NCBI RefSeq assembly: GCF_963921235.1
Contig: NC_086108.1
Span: 65,846,001-65,910,000, forward strand
Origin: Mobula hypostoma
Lineage: Eukaryota
Length of the DNA: 64,000 nt
Reading direction: 5' to 3'
Both the position numbers and the translations under genes were made by a program. Of the stretch, positions 60,760 through 64,000 are shown piece by piece. Positions within the stretch are counted from its first letter, which is position 1. Each line of letters begins with the position of its first letter. Under the pieces are notes generated by a model. That model had not been told where the DNA came from and did no database searches. It worked only from the letters and a program-made list of their open reading frames with translations.

Positions 60760-63690
60760 ACTTGCTGCATAGCTTTGTATTTATGCACTGCAAAGGCAGT
60801 AGAGAGAAACGATAACTCATTTTCAAAAGGCATTGCCCACGGACTGGAGACATGTCTAAATGCTGTACACAACAATGTCAACTTCCAGCTCGAGCAACGT
60901 CGATCGCCGAGACGTGGAAGTCAGGTCAGGATTTGCGAAACTCAAAGGAGTCCACAATTAGCATAGCTGCAGCATGAGCCTGTGGCAGAGCCGAAGTGGC
61001 AAGAATGAGCATGGGTTAATCTAAACGCAAAGGTGAGATGCAAATTGAGAAAGCTCACACAGACATGGAGAAAGCACATGTAGAGGCTGCACCAATTAAG
61101 CTCAAGGAAGAGCATGAGGCCAAGTTTGTCTCAGCAAAGGCAAAGGTGTATGAAGCAGCAGGTGACAGTGGTGAATCTGCAATTAGGTTCAGTCATGCTT
61201 TACCATCACAACAGCCAAAACAGCTTACTAAAGAACATGTCCAAATACATCTGAGCCATGAAAAAAGACAGCTCTCCAGCACTACAAGGAATGGTTGTCC
61301 ATACAATCAACATGCCTTTCACACAGTCCAGATGTTGACAGTCAAGGCCTACAGCAGCAAGGAGCCACAACACCCCTTCTGCAGTTTCATTACAGCAAAA
61401 ACTTCAATCAAGAGTTGCTACTTCCCTCCATCCCAGGACACACGATTGCCAACCAGTCTCCACAATGCCCTCATTCAAGAGCTGCAAGTGCATTAGATTT
61501 GGCTTGGCATTTAGCTAATCAAGACCAGGTCACATCAGAACTTAAGTGTTTGACAACCAGCCTGCCAGTTATCTGTCCCGGAAGTCAAGTTTTTGCAATG
61601 TATTAGAAGAAATAAATCTCAATCCTAGTGAAGAGCCCAACATTCTCTGTATGTGACTTGTCGGGGAGTCGCTACAACATTGAATTGACTTTATTACTTA
61701 CATCCTTCATCTACATGAGTAAAACTCTTTACATTACGTCTCCATCTAAATGTGCAATGTGAAATTTATTGTAATTTATAATAAAGTGTGTACAACAATA
61801 TAACATAGAAATACAATTATGTCAGCATGAGTTAATCAATCCAATGGCCTGGTGGAAGAAGCTGTCCCACAGCCTGTTGGTCCTGGCTTTTATGCTGCTG
61901 TACCACTTCCCGGATGGTAGCACCTGGAGTAGTTTGTGGTTGGGGTAACTCAGGTCCCCAATGATTCTTCGGGCCCTTTTTACACACCTGTCTCTGTAAA
62001 CGTCCTGAATAGTGGGAAGTTCACATCTATAGATGCGCTGGGCTGTCCGCACCACTCTCTGCAGGGTCCTGTGATTGAGGGAAGTACAGTTCCCATACCA
62101 GGCAGTGATGTAGCCAGTCAGGATGTTCTCAATTATGCACCTGTAGAAAGTTCTTAGGATTTGGGGGCCCATACCAAACTCCTTCAACTGTCTGAGGTGA
62201 AAGAAGTGCTGTTGTGCCTTTTTCACCACACAGCTGGTATGTACAGACCACATGAGATCCTCGGTGATGTTTATGCCAAGGAACCTAAAGCTGTTCACCC
62301 TCTCAACACCAGATCCATTGATGTCAATAGGGGTTAGACTGTTTCCATTCCTCCTGTAGACCACAACCAGCTCCTTTGTTTTTTGTGACATTGATGGAGA
62401 GGTTGTTTTCTTGACAGGGTGATGACTTCTTCCCTGTAGGCAGCCTCATTATTATTTGAGATTAGGCCAATCAGTGTAGTATCTTCAGCAAATTTAATTA
62501 GCAGATTGGAGCTGTGGGTAGCGACACAGTCATGGGTATACAGAGAGTACAGGAGGGGGCTTAGGACACAGCCCTGTGGGGCACCCGTGTTGAGGGGCAG
62601 AGGGGCAGAGATGAGGGAGCCCACTCTTACCAGCTGCCAGCGGTCTGACAGGAAGTCCAGGATCCAGCTACACAAGGCAGGGTGAAGGCTGAGGTCTCTG
62701 AGCTTCTTGCTGAGCCTGGAGGGAATTACGGTGTTGAACCTGAACGTGTAAGCAGGGTTAGAGCTGTGTACATTAATAACCCAACTAAGGATTTACAGTT
62801 GCAGTGGCAGAGGCTGGATAAATGCCATGACTCTCCAGAGGCAATTGAAGAATCTCCCTTCAGTAAACTCAATAGTTTTCAAAAGCCCTCACACCAAGAA
62901 CTGCAGAAGCTACTGGCAAAACTGTTGTCAGAACTGCAAGCAGTGAAAAAAACTAGGACTGAGGTTCTTGGATACAAGAGGAGTAAAGCCTGTAGTGGAG
63001 AAATTACCAGCCAATATCTAAGAACACTGGATAACTGAAGGGTTCAAGTATAAAACAAAGCATCATATCCCCATCTGGCATTTTATTTCTTTGTGGAATT
63101 TGTCTACACCACCAAGATGTAAAATAACCCTAGTTTTATGCTGTCAACTTCCGGCAACTCGTCATTCAAAGAGAGGTCTCTAGCAAAAACATGGAAAACC
63201 AAAACTCCAGTCACAGTCAACAAAACTAAAGTATAAGACTCCAACAAGAACACCAACAGACAATGTCCTGTCCATAAGAAAACTCACCCTTAAAGAAATG
63301 CAGAAGATTCAGAAAAAAAAACACTTGCAGACTGGAGATGCTTTCTAAAGGAGCACTCAATGGGTTTCAAACATTGTGCTTCAATAGAGCTCTAAGCAAA
63401 AGACTGTAAAGCTATCATACACTGCAATGAGTGCAATAGTGACCAACACATATCAGCACTTCATTCTGAGCCAGCAGCTTAGGCTATGATGGGTTCCAAC
63501 ACACCCACAGCAGTGGACGGCGGGGAGCCAGCTGAGCATCCATCAGATGTGGTTACTTCATCATACAGAGGTGTGTGGGAACAGCTTCCAAAGCAAATCC
63601 TGCTCTAAAATACAAAACATATACTCAAAAGCCAAAAAAAAAAGGGGGGGGTGTGAAAGAGTTAGTCTGGTTATCTTGCCAACACCTGGA
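60760..63690 (+). mobile_element. Decayed BEL/Pao LTR retrotransposon gag region, split by a Rex1/Babar insertion
   Basis: Ala/Glu-rich coiled coil (EAAPIKLKEEHEAKFVSAKAKVYEAA), RVRAVYINNP..WQRL..SPEAIE, and triple Cys/His knuckles (CPVHKKTHP, KHCAS..KDCK, CNECNSDQHISALH). Confidence 0.75.
61681..62745 (-). mobile_element. Rex1/Babar RT 3' half
   Basis: TGAPQGCVLSPLLYSLYTHDC, KFAEDTT, FRFLGINITEDL, LPSGKWYSSI..SFFHQAI. Confidence 0.9.
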
Positions 63691-63694
63691 GGAA

Positions 63695-63895
63695 AAGGGC
63701 TTGTTTTGCCGTTGTTTTGTTGCTTGTTGTGTTCTGTTTTGCTCTTCAGAACATTGTGGGCATGCCATGTTGGTGCCAGAGCGTGTGGTGACACTTGCAA
63801 GCTGCCCCCAACACATCCTTGGGTGTGCTGGTTGTTAACATAAATAATGCCTTTCACTGTATATTTCCATGTACGTACATATAATAAAGGAATCC
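63695..63895 (+). mobile_element. Short Rex/L2-tail or SINE-like repeat
   Basis: GT-rich body ending tttcactgtatatttccatgtacgtacatataataaag. Confidence 0.5.
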
Positions 63896-64000
63896 AAAAA
63901 GGTATAAAAAGTTATTTTCTTTAAATGGTGCTATTTTAAGGGTGAGAATTGCAAGAATGACATAGGGATGGTTATTCATAAACCGACAAGTAAAGACAGT

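Noticed and set aside
54187..64000. Search for STIL exon 1, its promoter and the neighbouring CMPK1 gene
   Set aside because: No convincing non-repeat CpG island or exon was found; they are probably beyond the window end.
1..64000. CRISPR arrays, operons or other prokaryotic systems
   Set aside because: The sequence is a spliced vertebrate locus with no regularly spaced repeat-spacer array.

Overview
Vertebrate genomic DNA; the repeat repertoire (abundant CR1, Rex1/Babar, Penelope-like, Tc1/mariner, hAT) points to a cartilaginous fish, probably a ray (inference). The window holds one host gene, STIL (centriole assembly protein), on the minus strand. I reconstructed 16 coding exons by hand (54141 to 12467). 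All introns are GT-AG and phase-consistent, giving 3921 nt or 1306 aa, with the CPAP-binding PRxxPxP, PLK4-binding coiled coil, STAN, KEN and TIM motifs and a poly(A) signal near 11430. Exon 1 and the promoter were not found and are probably beyond the right edge. Most remaining sequence is decayed, often nested, mobile elements. The most interesting observations are: (1) an apparently intact minimal hammerhead ribozyme in a Penelope-like terminal repeat, lying sense to the STIL pre-mRNA, plus degenerate relatives including a second family arranged as a palindrome; (2) internally deleted 'bipartite' Rex1/Babar elements whose 5' and 3' ends are complementary; (3) a palindromic mariner MITE with four TIRs; (4) a possible N-terminal extension and a Cys/His cluster in STIL. 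All calls come from reading the sequence; no searches were run, and most repeat boundaries are approximate.
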